NCBI RefSeq assembly: GCF_006345805.1
Contig: NC_043000.1
Location: 146,258,001 to 146,322,000, forward strand
Length of the DNA: 64,000 bases
Reading direction: 5' to 3'
Source of the DNA: Octopus sinensis
Lineage: Eukaryota
The position numbers were made by a program, and so were the translations under genes. How positions within the stretch are numbered: position 1 is the first letter of the stretch; each line of letters opens with the position of its first letter. This document shows, one piece after another, positions 63,590 through 64,000 of this stretch. Below the pieces are notes generated by a model. It was not told where the DNA came from, did not search any database, and saw nothing but the letters and a program-made list of their open reading frames with translations.

Positions 63590-64000
63590 ACTCCCGAAAA
63601 TTTGGGAGAGGGGGGCCAGTCGATTAGATCGACAACAGTACACAAGTGGTACTTAATTTATCGACCCCGAAAGGATGAAAGGCAAAGTCGACCTCGGTGG
63701 AATTTGAACTCAGAATGTAAAGACAGACGAAATACCTATTTCTTTACTACCCACAAGGGGCTAAACACAGAGAGGACAAACAAGGACAGACAAACGGATT
63801 AGTCGATTATAACGACCCCAGTGCGTAATGGTGCTTATTTAATTGACCCCGAAAGGATGAAAGGCAAAGTAGACCTCGGCGGAATTTGAACTCAGAACGT
63901 AGCGGCAGACGAAATACCTATTTCTTTACTGCATAAAAGTGGCTACACACAGAGAGGACAAACAAGGACAGACAAACGGATTAGTCGATTATATCGATCC
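63590..64000 (-). mobile_element. SINE family A tandem multimer running off the window end
   Basis: Body motif gaccccgaaaggatgaaaggcaaagt at about 63663 and 63845; a third unit starts at about 63920. Confidence 0.92.

Overview
AT-rich eukaryotic DNA, dense in microsatellites and repeats. The SINE families and compound microsatellites suggest an octopus or other cephalopod genome (inference). I found no host protein-coding gene; nearly all ORFs in the track are microsatellite read-throughs or transposon debris. Recognisable content: (1) four tRNA-headed SINE families in many copies; (2) Penelope-like element (PLE) remnants carrying type-I hammerhead ribozyme motifs, two with an intact core (16339-16424 minus, 18276-18347 plus), one near-intact, and several variant or degenerate, including a palindromic double motif at 41.2 kb and one at the 3' end of a tRNA-headed SINE at 60.2-60.5 kb; (3) a nested stack at 26.3-32.9 kb, in which a Gypsy LTR element has both LTRs interrupted at the same position by Tx1/L1-like LINE 3' ends, plus ORF1-only non-autonomous derivatives (one with a 16-bp TSD) whose 3' tail is shared with the commonest SINE; (4) a near full-length, decayed R4/Dong-clade retrotransposon flanked by (TATG)n, and a second R4 fragment; (5) mariner, Tc1 and pogo transposase fragments; (6) a possible decayed Polinton minor-capsid-like region. 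All family assignments come from motif recognition by eye, not database searches.
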